From assembly GCA_964412105.1 (NCBI GenBank), contig CAYPNM010000006.1:28233-92232 (forward strand): a stretch of 64,000 bases of DNA, given 5' to 3'. Positions 47,363-57,158 of this stretch are shown in pieces. The notes under the pieces are model-generated. The model worked only from the letters and a program-made list of their open reading frames with translations, was not told the DNA's origin and searched no databases. Every line of letters starts with the position of its first letter. Within the stretch, counting starts at the first letter, position 1. The translations under genes and the position numbers were made by a program. This DNA comes from an uncultured Ignavibacteriaceae bacterium (GTDB lineage Bacteria > Bacteroidota > Ignavibacteria > Ignavibacteriales > Ignavibacteriaceae).

Positions 47363-48406
47363 TTATGAAATTTTTTCAATTATGAATGCTTTGAAATCTT
47401 TTTCTTCATCCATTGCAAGTTGAATTTTCAAATAAAAGATATCTATATCATCCAATTCCTTTGAAAATTTAGATAATTTTACAGCATCTTTCTCCGTAGT
47501 AATTACAGAGTGTGAGTTTGTGGTGTAAAATTCCTTTCTTATTTTCTGAATTTCTTTTAAAGTATAATTTTTATGATCCGAAAAAATCATCTGGTTATGC
47601 GTATCAACTTTCGTTTGTTTCAATGCGTTGATAAAAGAATAAGGGTTTGCAATACCCGAAACCACAAGACTTTTTTGTCCTTCAAATTCTTCTATATTAT
47701 GACTAATGTTTCTTTTTACATCAATGAACGCTAATGCGTAATAATAGGCATTAAATATTTTTTTGTTGTCCAAATATTTCTCCAGTGATTTTGGCAACGC
47801 TTCTTTCTCGGAAAACTTTCTGTTTAAAATTATTGCATCTGCGCGCTCAATTGATTTGAAGTTTTCCCTCATAAATCCGGTTGGAAGAAGATTTTGATTT
47901 AGAAAATCCGGTTTATTCAAGAATTTCTGTTCACAAATCAATAGGTTTGCATCTCTGTAAATCCATCTGTGTTGAAATGCATCATCCAGAACAATTGTAT
48001 TTATACCTGTATCTTCTATTATTTTTTTTGCCCCGCGCACACGATTTTCACTAACGGCCGCCGGGACTTTGCATTCAGCAGCAGTATGATAAATCTCATC
48101 CCCGCATTGATCTACGGTCGTTAATATGTTTTTATTATCCGCAACCAGTAAATATCCTGATGATTTTCTTCCATAACCCCGACTTAGTACTCCGACCTTT
48201 CTGTTTTCATTTTTTAGCAGATTAGTTAGATAAATTACCATTGGCGTTTTACCAGAGCCCCCAACCGTAATATTACCTACGGAGATTACCTTTGCATCAA
48301 CCCTTTTGGCTTTAAAAATTTCTTTATCAAACAGCCAGTTTCTTACCTTGACTAATGCCGCGTAAAGCGGAACCAAAGGATATAATATAATTCTTAATAA
48401 TGGCAT
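47363..48406 (-). CDS. lpxK: tetraacyldisaccharide 4'-kinase
   Basis: VGNITVGGSGKTP P-loop. 347 aa. Confidence 0.9.
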   Translation of the reverse strand: MPLLRIILYPLVPLYAALVKVRNWLFDKEIFKAKRVDAKVISVGNITVGGSGKTPMVIYLTNLLKNENRKVGVLSRGYGRKSSGYLLVADNKNILTTVDQCGDEIYHTAAECKVPAAVSENRVRGAKKIIEDTGINTIVLDDAFQHRWIYRDANLLICEQKFLNKPDFLNQNLLPTGFMRENFKSIERADAIILNRKFSEKEALPKSLEKYLDNKKIFNAYYYALAFIDVKRNISHNIEEFEGQKSLVVSGIANPYSFINALKQTKVDTHNQMIFSDHKNYTLKEIQKIRKEFYTTNSHSVITTEKDAVKLSKFSKELDDIDIFYLKIQLAMDEEKDFKAFIIEKIS

Positions 48407-48409
48407 AAT

Positions 48410-49069
48410 TTAAAACTGATTTTCGGCCTCTTCCTGTAACGTATTCATTTTAATTTCGCAATCATCAATAATTTTTGAAGTTTCTTCATATGTCGAGTCT
48501 TTGCTAATATAAATAGGATCCGAATAAATCAAAGTTGCCTTAGTAAGAAGTTTCGGTATAGAGAACGAATCCCAACTATTTAATGACCTTTTGTTTTTAA
48601 TCCCAACACCGGTTAATATGAGCGGCAAACCACTTTTTTTTGCAGCTATTACGGCGCCTGCTTTTAATTTGTGTCTAGGCCCTCTTGGCCCGTCGGGAGT
48701 GATTGTAATTGAATGTTTATTTTTGCCATAATCGACCATAATTCCCAATGCAACATCTCCTCCTGTGGAACTGGACCCTCGAATAACTCCGTATTTCCAG
48801 TTTTTTAGAACACGTGCAAGAAGATCTCCATCCTTGCTTTTACTGATTAAGGCGATCATTTTTTTCCCACGATGCACATACCAAGGTAAAAGCATTGAGC
48901 CGTGCCAGAAGGCAAGCACATAATTTTTATTTGCTTTCTCAAGCTCATTAATCACACTTCTATTTTTTTCTGTGATTCGCAAAGTTTTACAAAGAACATT
49001 CACCAAATGGACTAATACAAAATGTCCAATAAATCTCAGGCTATTCTGCCAGACTTTTCTAAGTTTCAT
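48410..49069 (-). CDS. DUF374 / lysophospholipid-acyltransferase-like protein
   Basis: FWHGSMLLPW, ISKSKDGDLLA, ITPDGPRGP. Wedged between lpxB and lpxK. Confidence 0.75.
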   Translation of the reverse strand: MKLRKVWQNSLRFIGHFVLVHLVNVLCKTLRITEKNRSVINELEKANKNYVLAFWHGSMLLPWYVHRGKKMIALISKSKDGDLLARVLKNWKYGVIRGSSSTGGDVALGIMVDYGKNKHSITITPDGPRGPRHKLKAGAVIAAKKSGLPLILTGVGIKNKRSLNSWDSFSIPKLLTKATLIYSDPIYISKDSTYEETSKIIDDCEIKMNTLQEEAENQF

Positions 49070-50198
49070 TCATTATTTTATGTATTAATAAAGCCGCTTT
49101 TGCTGAAGCACCCACTGTTCCTAGTTTTTCTTTTATTAATCCAAATTTGTTTTTAATAGTTTCATATAATTTCTTGTCCGCCAGTATTTTTTTACATTCT
49201 TCATAGATTGTCTTCTCACGAACCTGATTTTGAATTAGCTCAGGAACCACCTTTTCTCCACAGATAATATTAGCCATTCCAATCTGATCAACTCTTATTA
49301 AGCTTTTTCCGATCCAATAAGTTGATATGCTTGTTTTATAAACAATGACCATCGGTAATTGAAAAAGCCCAGCTTCAAGAGTCGAAGTACCCGATTTAAC
49401 AATTCCAAATTTTGAATTTTTAAGCAGGTTATAGGTATCACTTTTTATAACCTTAAAATTTTCTACTTCGGTAATTTTATAAAATAAATTTTCGTCAATA
49501 TTTGAAGAACAAGCTGTAATGACCTGCAGATTAAATTCTCCTGCAAGTTTTACAGCAGCTTTTATCACTTCCGGAAATATATGCTTTACTTCCTGTTCCC
49601 GACTTCCGGGAAGTATAAGTAAAATTTCTTTATTTCTATCAAGATCATATTTCTCAAACAGCTTTTCCTTTGAAAGGAAATCATATTCTTTTAATCTTTC
49701 CAATAAAGGATGACCAACAAACTCAACGTCAACATTTTGATTGCTGTATAAACTTTCTTCAAAAGGGAAAACGACCAGCATTTTGTTGACCAATTTTTTT
49801 ATCTTATTAATTCTCGCACTGCCCCATGCCCATATTTGAGGCGAAATGTAATAAACAATCTTCACATTAAGCCTTTTGAGCTTTTTAGCAATGCTCAAAT
49901 TGAAACCGGGATAATCAATAAGAACAACAGTATTTATGTTTTTTGCCTTAACAAGCTCAAGCAATTTTCTTTGAACTTTTTTAATAAATGGAATATGCTT
50001 GACTACTTCAACGAATCCAAGGAATGCCATCCTGTTTATATGGAATGTAATCTGCATTCCCGCATCCTGCATTTTATCTCCACCGATGCCGAAAATATTT
50101 ATTTCCTGGTCGAGCTTTTTCAGTTCTTTTATCAAAGAAGCGCCATGAAGATCTCCTGAGATCTCGCCGGCAATCATCATTAAATTATTATTTGTCAT
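49059..50198 (-). CDS. lpxB: lipid-A-disaccharide synthase
   Basis: MIAGEISGDLHGASLIKELK, YYISPQIWAWG, GTSTLEAGL. Confidence 0.92.
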   Translation of the reverse strand: MTNNNLMMIAGEISGDLHGASLIKELKKLDQEINIFGIGGDKMQDAGMQITFHINRMAFLGFVEVVKHIPFIKKVQRKLLELVKAKNINTVVLIDYPGFNLSIAKKLKRLNVKIVYYISPQIWAWGSARINKIKKLVNKMLVVFPFEESLYSNQNVDVEFVGHPLLERLKEYDFLSKEKLFEKYDLDRNKEILLILPGSREQEVKHIFPEVIKAAVKLAGEFNLQVITACSSNIDENLFYKITEVENFKVIKSDTYNLLKNSKFGIVKSGTSTLEAGLFQLPMVIVYKTSISTYWIGKSLIRVDQIGMANIICGEKVVPELIQNQVREKTIYEECKKILADKKLYETIKNKFGLIKEKLGTVGASAKAALLIHKIMNET

Positions 50199-50241
50199 TT
50201 ATCATTGGTTATAGTATTCGTTCAAACCAATTATGTAAATT

Positions 50242-50835
50242 CTAAAGCCTTCGAATGTACCATAAAAGAAATATAGTTATTGCCACAATTCCAAAAGCCT
50301 GCAGACTTCTTTTTTCAGATTTTAAACCCGCCTTTAAATTAAAAGGTGGCTGAACAATATTGCCGGACTTATATTTTGTAAGGCGCGGAAAAAATCTCGG
50401 CACATTTTTTAAATAGTTTTCAAATTGCTGCCCAAAGGTCCTTTGCAAATAATTTTCTTCCTCGCGCACGATGAAATTATACTGCATATAAAAAAATATC
50501 AGGCCTACAATCTGCAAATAGGGAAAAAGTGCAAATGACATTAGACCAAGACCAAAATACATCAAAATATTACCCACATAAAGAGGATTCCTGACTCTTG
50601 CGAACGGTCCGCTTACAATCAAAAATGTTCCACCTACATCTCCAGTTGTTCTGGTTTCGCTACCAGCCCAGCTTACTCCCCATAATCGAATTAACTCTCC
50701 TAAAAAAGCGATGAGAAATCCTGCAATTATACTCCATATGTTTGCATTTATATATGCTATGCATAATACAAGGAAAGGGATGGGAGTATAGCTCCTATAT
50801 TTAAAGAATGCAGCTGAAATTTTAGATCCTGTCAT
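50242..50835 (-). CDS. membrane methyltransferase, isoprenylcysteine carboxyl / phospholipid methyltransferase-like
   Basis: Multi-TM protein with GPFARVRNPLYVGN and a REEENYL-type C-terminal motif. Confidence 0.65.
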   Translation of the reverse strand: MTGSKISAAFFKYRSYTPIPFLVLCIAYINANIWSIIAGFLIAFLGELIRLWGVSWAGSETRTTGDVGGTFLIVSGPFARVRNPLYVGNILMYFGLGLMSFALFPYLQIVGLIFFYMQYNFIVREEENYLQRTFGQQFENYLKNVPRFFPRLTKYKSGNIVQPPFNLKAGLKSEKRSLQAFGIVAITIFLLWYIRRL

Positions 50836-50837
50836 TC

Positions 50838-51560
50838 CTATCCTCTCAAGTAGACTTCGCGCCTTTTAAGTGATGCCTGATGTCTTTTCTTTAATCTTTT
50901 TTTTGATTTTAGTTCATCAAGCTTTTTGATCACATCGTGAAAATTTTTATACGGGAAATATGTTATTCTCTCTTTTTCACAAAATTTTAATAGATCATCT
51001 TTAGCAAAGATAAAATCACAAAATTGTGCAGTCTCTTTATCTGAAATCCCATCACCTATATAAACAGTAAACTCTTCGTCTGCACTATGGCTGATAATGT
51101 GGTTATGCTTGCAGTTTGCCGAACTCTTGGATTCTTCATCTAAGTATGGAAACACTGGCGTCATATTATTATTTTCGTCAAACAATAACTTATTCGAATA
51201 GTATTTAAGACTTTCCAACTTTTCTTTTTTAAATATTTTATCTATGTAATAGTCAAAACCGTCACTCAACACATAATGTTCAAATTTATTGTCCTTACAA
51301 TATTTTATAAAATCATGAAAAGTAGGGTCGATCTCAAATGATTCAATATATTTATCGAATTCATTGCGATCCAGGTCCTTTACTGAGTCACATAGCAACA
51401 GCCAGCATTCTTTAGCAGTGACATTATCATCAAGATATTTTTTGATCACTTCAGCAACGGCATTTGGCTCCCCATACTTTTCAAATATAGCGGAACCTAT
51501 ATCTACTTTAGTAATTGTACCATCGAAGTCAATAAATATCTTAAAAATTTTTTCACTCAT
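50838..51560 (-). CDS. HAD-IB family phosphatase (MtnX-like)
   Basis: IFIDFDGTITKVD (motif I), YIGDGISD (motif IV). Confidence 0.7.
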   Translation of the reverse strand: MSEKIFKIFIDFDGTITKVDIGSAIFEKYGEPNAVAEVIKKYLDDNVTAKECWLLLCDSVKDLDRNEFDKYIESFEIDPTFHDFIKYCKDNKFEHYVLSDGFDYYIDKIFKKEKLESLKYYSNKLLFDENNNMTPVFPYLDEESKSSANCKHNHIISHSADEEFTVYIGDGISDKETAQFCDFIFAKDDLLKFCEKERITYFPYKNFHDVIKKLDELKSKKRLKKRHQASLKRREVYLRG

Positions 51561-51561
51561 T

Positions 51562-53583
51562 TTATTTTGTTATTACCATTTTTCGTACATCAATAAAATC
51601 ATTTGCTTTCATTCTGTAAAAATAGATTCCAGGTTTAAGCCCCTTTGCATTGAAAGTAATATTGTTTCCGCCAGCCGGATAGATTCTGGTAGAAAACTGA
51701 ATTAGTTCAAGATTATTATTAAAAAATTCAAATGTTACTTCGGCGCTATCCGGAATGAAAAAGCCTATGTTTGTTGAATCTGAAAACGGGTTAGGATTGT
51801 TTTGACTGAGGGTATAGCTAACAGCTTTTTCAAAATAATTAATTTTCTGAATTTCGGATGTTTGTCCAGGACCGGTGGAATCTACTTCAGTCACTCTGTA
51901 AAAGATAGTACCCATTGTATCCGGTTTATCAAAGTACTCATAGTATTTTGAGCCCATCTTTCCATCATTTTTTAGTGTGCCAACAATCTGCCATGGAGAA
52001 GATCCCGAATCTGTTTTAACAGATCTTTGAATATCAAATGTTGCATTTGGTAAATCATTTGCGCAAATCCAAGATAGTTTTACACTATCACCAATCAGCG
52101 TAGAACTGAAATCAAGCAGCTGCGAAATAAACGTCCCGGAATCAAAGATTCGCTGCGAATAAATTTCATTTTTGCCTTTTCTATTTTCTTTAATGATTGC
52201 AATCGCACCGCCACTTTCATCCGGAACCATGGAAAGATAACTTTTGGGGGAATAGTCATTTGCAAAAATTTCAACGCCAAGTGAGTCCCAGAGTAAATTT
52301 CCGTTTGAACTAATTCTTTGTGAGTAAATGTTTGCAAGCGCTGAATCTTTTCTCCTGTCGTACCAAGAAATTATTGCCCCATCTTTACCATCGGAAATTA
52401 TTTTTTGTCCGAATTGAGCCCGGTTTAATCCAATTACAATTTGGCCGTCCTTATCCCACAGCGGTTTTCCGCTTAAATTATATTTTTGAACAAAAATATT
52501 CTGATTATTATTTAGTTCGCGGGTCCAGCTTAATATAATGCTAGAATCTTCTGCAACTGCTTGTGGATTTATCTGATTTCCGTCCTGTGATGCTATCGAT
52601 TTTCCATTGATTCCCCAAAGCTGCATCCCTTTATCAGTAATAAATTGATGATATATTTTTTTGTTCCTCTCAAGCATTTGCCATGCGGCATAAGCAAAAG
52701 ATGGATTTATGGTGCTTGCAGTGTAACTAATTACATTATAATTTATATTGGATAGAGAAACAGGAGCTTCCTTCCAATCGATTTTGCCCTGAGAATTTAT
52801 GTGTTGAAGAAATAATACGCTTTTATTCTTTACTATCTCAATCCAAAAAATATAGCATCCGCCAAGGTTATCCGGTAAAATTTTAGACATGTTTTTTCTA
52901 TTTTGAGATTTAATCACAGTATATGCAGAATCAAAAATGAAATTTCCATCTGGCGACATTTTTATATATTCAACAGCAAAATTCATTCTTGTTCCAGGAT
53001 CATTGGAAATGTAAGAAACATATATATATCCTTTTTTATCGCTTGCTATTGAATAATCGAAAACTTTTTGGTTACTATCTGTTAATTGAACTCCTTTACT
53101 ATTCCAAAGATAATCTCCATTTACTGCCAGCCGCTGGGCAAAGAGACTCCCTGTTTTGTGAAGAGAAAAATCTTTCCAGAGAACAACAGCAGTATTATGA
53201 ATATTTTCGCTGCATACAGGAAGTTCCTTCATTCCTGTCAATGAAGAAATATCTTTACCATCAGATCTTAAGCTTACCAATCCGGCAGCATCAAAATGAA
53301 TAAAATAAATTTGTTTATTTGAGTTCTCCTTTTTATCCTGCCAAAAAATATAAGCGCCTCCAATAAAATCTTTTACTGAAGAAATATTAACCGGGTCATT
53401 AGTGTCTATAACCAGTTTTGTATTAGTATTAGGATTATTTACCCATTGAGCAAAAGTGAAATTGTAAAATCCAAATACAATTATAATTGCAAGCCGCAAG
53501 ACCAGGTTATAGCAGTTGTTATGTTTAAAAAGTGTTATTTCAGAGACTAAAGAATCATTGAGAAACAAAGTCGAAATCCTCAT
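51562..53583 (-). CDS. T9SS-sorted secreted protein with repeated Trp-containing (beta-propeller-like) modules
   Basis: C-terminal NPNPFSDSTNIGFFIP...GIYFYRMKANDFIDVRKMVITK. Internal recurring xLW(N/D)xxG units (YLWNSKGV, QLWGINGK, PLWDKDGQ, LLWDSLGV). The start is uncertain: the ATG at 53583 overlaps the smc stop by 29 nt, while the TTG at 53499 would give MRLAIIIVFGFYNFTFAQ. The track start at 53682 is unlikely. Confidence 0.75.
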   Translation of the reverse strand: MRISTLFLNDSLVSEITLFKHNNCYNLVLRLAIIIVFGFYNFTFAQWVNNPNTNTKLVIDTNDPVNISSVKDFIGGAYIFWQDKKENSNKQIYFIHFDAAGLVSLRSDGKDISSLTGMKELPVCSENIHNTAVVLWKDFSLHKTGSLFAQRLAVNGDYLWNSKGVQLTDSNQKVFDYSIASDKKGYIYVSYISNDPGTRMNFAVEYIKMSPDGNFIFDSAYTVIKSQNRKNMSKILPDNLGGCYIFWIEIVKNKSVLFLQHINSQGKIDWKEAPVSLSNINYNVISYTASTINPSFAYAAWQMLERNKKIYHQFITDKGMQLWGINGKSIASQDGNQINPQAVAEDSSIILSWTRELNNNQNIFVQKYNLSGKPLWDKDGQIVIGLNRAQFGQKIISDGKDGAIISWYDRRKDSALANIYSQRISSNGNLLWDSLGVEIFANDYSPKSYLSMVPDESGGAIAIIKENRKGKNEIYSQRIFDSGTFISQLLDFSSTLIGDSVKLSWICANDLPNATFDIQRSVKTDSGSSPWQIVGTLKNDGKMGSKYYEYFDKPDTMGTIFYRVTEVDSTGPGQTSEIQKINYFEKAVSYTLSQNNPNPFSDSTNIGFFIPDSAEVTFEFFNNNLELIQFSTRIYPAGGNNITFNAKGLKPGIYFYRMKANDFIDVRKMVITK

Positions 53584-56500
53584 TGAATCGCACGCTAACA
53601 AGTTTAGATACTCCTTCTTCCTGCATAGTAACTCCATACAAGGTTTCTGCTGCCTCCATTGTCCGCTTATTATGTGTAACAACTATGAATTGGGTATCCT
53701 TGCTAAAATCTTTTATAATTTTTGTAAAACGATCTATGTTAGCGTCATCCAGAGGTGCATCAATTTCATCCAGAATACAGAACGGACTTGGTTTTACAAG
53801 GTAGATAGCAAAAAGCAGCGCAATAGCAGTTAATGTTTTTTCTCCACCTGATAAAAGTTCGATTGACGTTGGTCTTTTACCTTTTGGTTTAGCAATAATC
53901 TCGATTTTTGCCTCTAATGGGTCTGCATTTTCTTCTATTTTTAAATCAGCTTCATCACCCGGATTAAATAATCCTCTGAAAACATTTATGAAATTATTTC
54001 TTATTTTCTCAAAAGTTTCTGAGAACTGTGCCTGAGCGGTCGTATTAATTTCGTTAATTGTATTCACTATATCTTTCTCTGATTCGAGCAAATCATTCCT
54101 TTGCTTGTTAAGGAATTCATACCTACCTTTCTCTTCTTCGTATTCGGAATATGCAAGCAAGTTTATCGGGCCAAGATTTTTTACCTGCTGTTTTAGTCTC
54201 TGAACTTCTTCGTCCCTCGTTTGAAAATCAAACGTTTCGAGGTCATCAAATGTTTTCTCTTCCAATGTGATTGAATAATTTTCTTTAATATGTTCATGCA
54301 GATTGCTAATTTTCATTCCGAGCTCGCTCAGCTTCATATCTGATGCATGAATTTCTTCAGATAATAATTCTCTTTCTTTTCTTATCTTATTTTGAATTGC
54401 TTCTTTTTCTGAAATTTCCAATTGAATAGACTTATATTTTTTATCTATTTCTGTTTCCTGCAGGGCGAGTGCATTTCTCTCCGCTGATAGCTGGTCAAAT
54501 TCAATTTTCAATTCAGAAAGATTTTCCTGAACGGAGCCTATCTCTGTAGTTGCTAAATTAATATCCGCTTCTCTTTTTGAAATTGAGTTTTTAAGGTTCG
54601 CAATTGTTTCTTCAGCACGTTTTATCGCGTTTTCTGAATTTCTTTTCTCGCCATTTAATCTTTCAAGATCAAGATCCAGCTGATTTCTTTTCGCTACAGC
54701 CGAATTAAACTTTTGTTCAAATGAGTTATGTTCATTCTCCAATTGTTTTTGCTCGTTATCTGCTATTGCTTTCTTCTCTTTAAGAGTATTTAAATTTTCT
54801 GAGGCTGCATTTCTTTCGTTGTCAATTTTATTCGATTCAGTAACCAGATCATTTATTTCAGATCTTGCTTTTTCAATTTCATCATTGGCTTTCTGCTTTT
54901 CATATTCAAACTGTGCAATTTGCTTTTCTACATTTGCAAGGTCATTTAATAACATTCTTTCGTTTTCCGAAAGAAGTTTTAGATCTATTTGGTTTATTTT
55001 GTTTTCAATTGCCTGAATATCTGTTTTTAATTTATAAACTTCTTCTTCGTGTTTTGGGAATTCATTTTTTAATTGTTCAAGCAATTGCAATCTGCCAAAT
55101 AAGGACTCACTCAGTTTAGGTTCTGAACCACTTTCCACAACGCCTGAATTATCTATATAATCGCCATTTAATGTTGCAAAATTGAATTCACCATATTTTA
55201 TACTCAGGTCATATGCTGTGTCAAGTGAATCTACTATCGCTGATTTACCAAGTATCAGGTCAAAATAACTCTTCCATTTTGATTCGGATTGGATAAGATC
55301 TTTTGCCCAGCCTGTAAAACCAGATTCCTTCTGTAGTTTACCAGCCCTTCTTTTTGAAACAACTTCTTTAATTTTGTCAAGAAAGCCAGTACTTTTTTGT
55401 CTTAAAAGGGCAGGAACAAAAAATGAAGCCCTACCAGCCTCTTTTTCTTTTAAAAATTGAATTCCACTTTTAAGATCATCAATTGTTTCGACAAGTATAT
55501 TGTTGATATTATTACTTAAGGCGGCTTCAATTGCAAGTCGGTATTCATTATTAGAGCTACCTATATTAGCAAGAAGAGTTTTATTACCCTTTGCCCACTC
55601 TGATGTTTCTACAAGTGTTTTAGCCCCTTTAGAAACGCCTTCCAAGTTATCAATAAGAGCCTGTATGAAATTTATTTTATCCTTTATTCCATTTATAATT
55701 CCCCGGTCTTCAAGTTCCTTTGATCTTATTGTATTTAGGTCTTTTTCAAGGTCTTCCTTTTCTTTTTGCTTTTGCGAGTAAAGAGCCTCTGCTTCGGATA
55801 ACTTTTTTGAGGTTTGGATTTTCTCTGTTCCTAAATCTTCTAAATAACCAACTGTTTTGGCTATGTTATTAGTTAATGCCTGAATTTTTTCGTTAAGCTT
55901 ACTAATAGCCTCATTTTTTGTCTGCAGGTTTCTTTCAATATTTGCAAGATCATTTTCTTTATTAGTTAACTCTTTAAATTGTTCAAGAAGAGAATCACCT
56001 TTTGATTTTAAAACATTTCGTCTCTCATCTAACTCAACTTTATCTTTTTCAACTTCCTCTTTAGAGGAGAGCAGTTCCATTTCTTTCTCAGAAATTTTGT
56101 TTGTGAAATCTATTATTGAAACAGAACTTGTTTCTATAAAATTCTTTGCCTGCCTTAGTTGATTAGTTATTTCTTCAAGTTCCAGTTTGTATCTTTCTAT
56201 GTTTGCCTGTAGTGATTTTTCTCTTTCTTCGCCAACGGAAATTAATTTTTGGGAATTATAAACCTTTGCTGTCTGAGCGGTTACCTCTTCGCGTTTATCT
56301 TTTAATTCTTTTTCTGTTTCTTCCAATCTCTGTTTTACAGCGGCTATTTCATCTTCAAGCTTTGCGATTTCCGATTCTAATGAAAGTTTTTTGCTGAAAT
56401 TTTCATCCTTTGTAATTTTGAATTGCACTTTTTGTTTGTTAAATAATGCCAATTCCCGTTCGGAAAATTCTATTTCAAGCTCTCTTAACTGGGTTGATAA

Positions 56501-57151
56501 CCTGTTGTATTTATCTGCTTTTTTTGCCTGCCGTTCCAAAGACCTCACTTTTTTCTCAACCTCTGCTACAATATCATTTACCCTAGTTAAATCGCTTCTT
56601 ACATCATCTAGTTTTTTAAGAGCCAATCTTCTACGCAATTTGTATTTGTTTACTCCAGCAGCTTCTTCAAACATTACTCTTCTTTCTTCTGCTTTATTAC
56701 TGAGGATAGTCTCAACCATTTTTAATTCTATAACAGAATAGGCATTTGCACCAATGCCGGTATCCATGAAAAGATTAGTAATGTCTTTGAGCCGGCAGAG
56801 ATTTTTATTCAACAAGTACTCACTTTCACCGGAACGGAAAATTCTTCTTGTTATTACAACTTCAGAATATTCTGTGGGCAGAATTCCCTTTGTATTTTCT
56901 ATAGTGAGTGAAACTTCCGCCATACCCATAGGTTTTTTATCATTAGTTCCATTGAAAATAACGTTCTCCATTTTATCGCTTCTTAAAGCACTGCTACGCT
57001 GTTCACCAAGGCACCACCTGATAGCGTCAACTATATTTGTTTTTCCACAGCCGTTTGGCCCAACTATAGAAGTTACGCCCTGGTTGAAATTAACAACCGT
57101 CTTTTGTGAAAAAGATTTAAAGCCTAATATTTCCAGTTTTGATAAATACAA
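53555..57151 (-). CDS. smc: chromosome segregation protein SMC
   Basis: GPNGCGKTNIVDAIRWCLGEQ (Walker A), long coiled coils, LSGGEKTLTAIALLFAIY (signature motif), FCILDEIDAPLD (Walker B). Only TTG starts are available: 57151 gives the canonical MYLSKLEILGFKSF, and 57169 is the alternative. Confidence 0.93.
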   Translation of the reverse strand: MYLSKLEILGFKSFSQKTVVNFNQGVTSIVGPNGCGKTNIVDAIRWCLGEQRSSALRSDKMENVIFNGTNDKKPMGMAEVSLTIENTKGILPTEYSEVVITRRIFRSGESEYLLNKNLCRLKDITNLFMDTGIGANAYSVIELKMVETILSNKAEERRVMFEEAAGVNKYKLRRRLALKKLDDVRSDLTRVNDIVAEVEKKVRSLERQAKKADKYNRLSTQLRELEIEFSERELALFNKQKVQFKITKDENFSKKLSLESEIAKLEDEIAAVKQRLEETEKELKDKREEVTAQTAKVYNSQKLISVGEEREKSLQANIERYKLELEEITNQLRQAKNFIETSSVSIIDFTNKISEKEMELLSSKEEVEKDKVELDERRNVLKSKGDSLLEQFKELTNKENDLANIERNLQTKNEAISKLNEKIQALTNNIAKTVGYLEDLGTEKIQTSKKLSEAEALYSQKQKEKEDLEKDLNTIRSKELEDRGIINGIKDKINFIQALIDNLEGVSKGAKTLVETSEWAKGNKTLLANIGSSNNEYRLAIEAALSNNINNILVETIDDLKSGIQFLKEKEAGRASFFVPALLRQKSTGFLDKIKEVVSKRRAGKLQKESGFTGWAKDLIQSESKWKSYFDLILGKSAIVDSLDTAYDLSIKYGEFNFATLNGDYIDNSGVVESGSEPKLSESLFGRLQLLEQLKNEFPKHEEEVYKLKTDIQAIENKINQIDLKLLSENERMLLNDLANVEKQIAQFEYEKQKANDEIEKARSEINDLVTESNKIDNERNAASENLNTLKEKKAIADNEQKQLENEHNSFEQKFNSAVAKRNQLDLDLERLNGEKRNSENAIKRAEETIANLKNSISKREADINLATTEIGSVQENLSELKIEFDQLSAERNALALQETEIDKKYKSIQLEISEKEAIQNKIRKERELLSEEIHASDMKLSELGMKISNLHEHIKENYSITLEEKTFDDLETFDFQTRDEEVQRLKQQVKNLGPINLLAYSEYEEEKGRYEFLNKQRNDLLESEKDIVNTINEINTTAQAQFSETFEKIRNNFINVFRGLFNPGDEADLKIEENADPLEAKIEIIAKPKGKRPTSIELLSGGEKTLTAIALLFAIYLVKPSPFCILDEIDAPLDDANIDRFTKIIKDFSKDTQFIVVTHNKRTMEAAETLYGVTMQEEGVSKLVSVRFNEDFDFVSQ

Positions 57152-57158
57152 TTTGCAG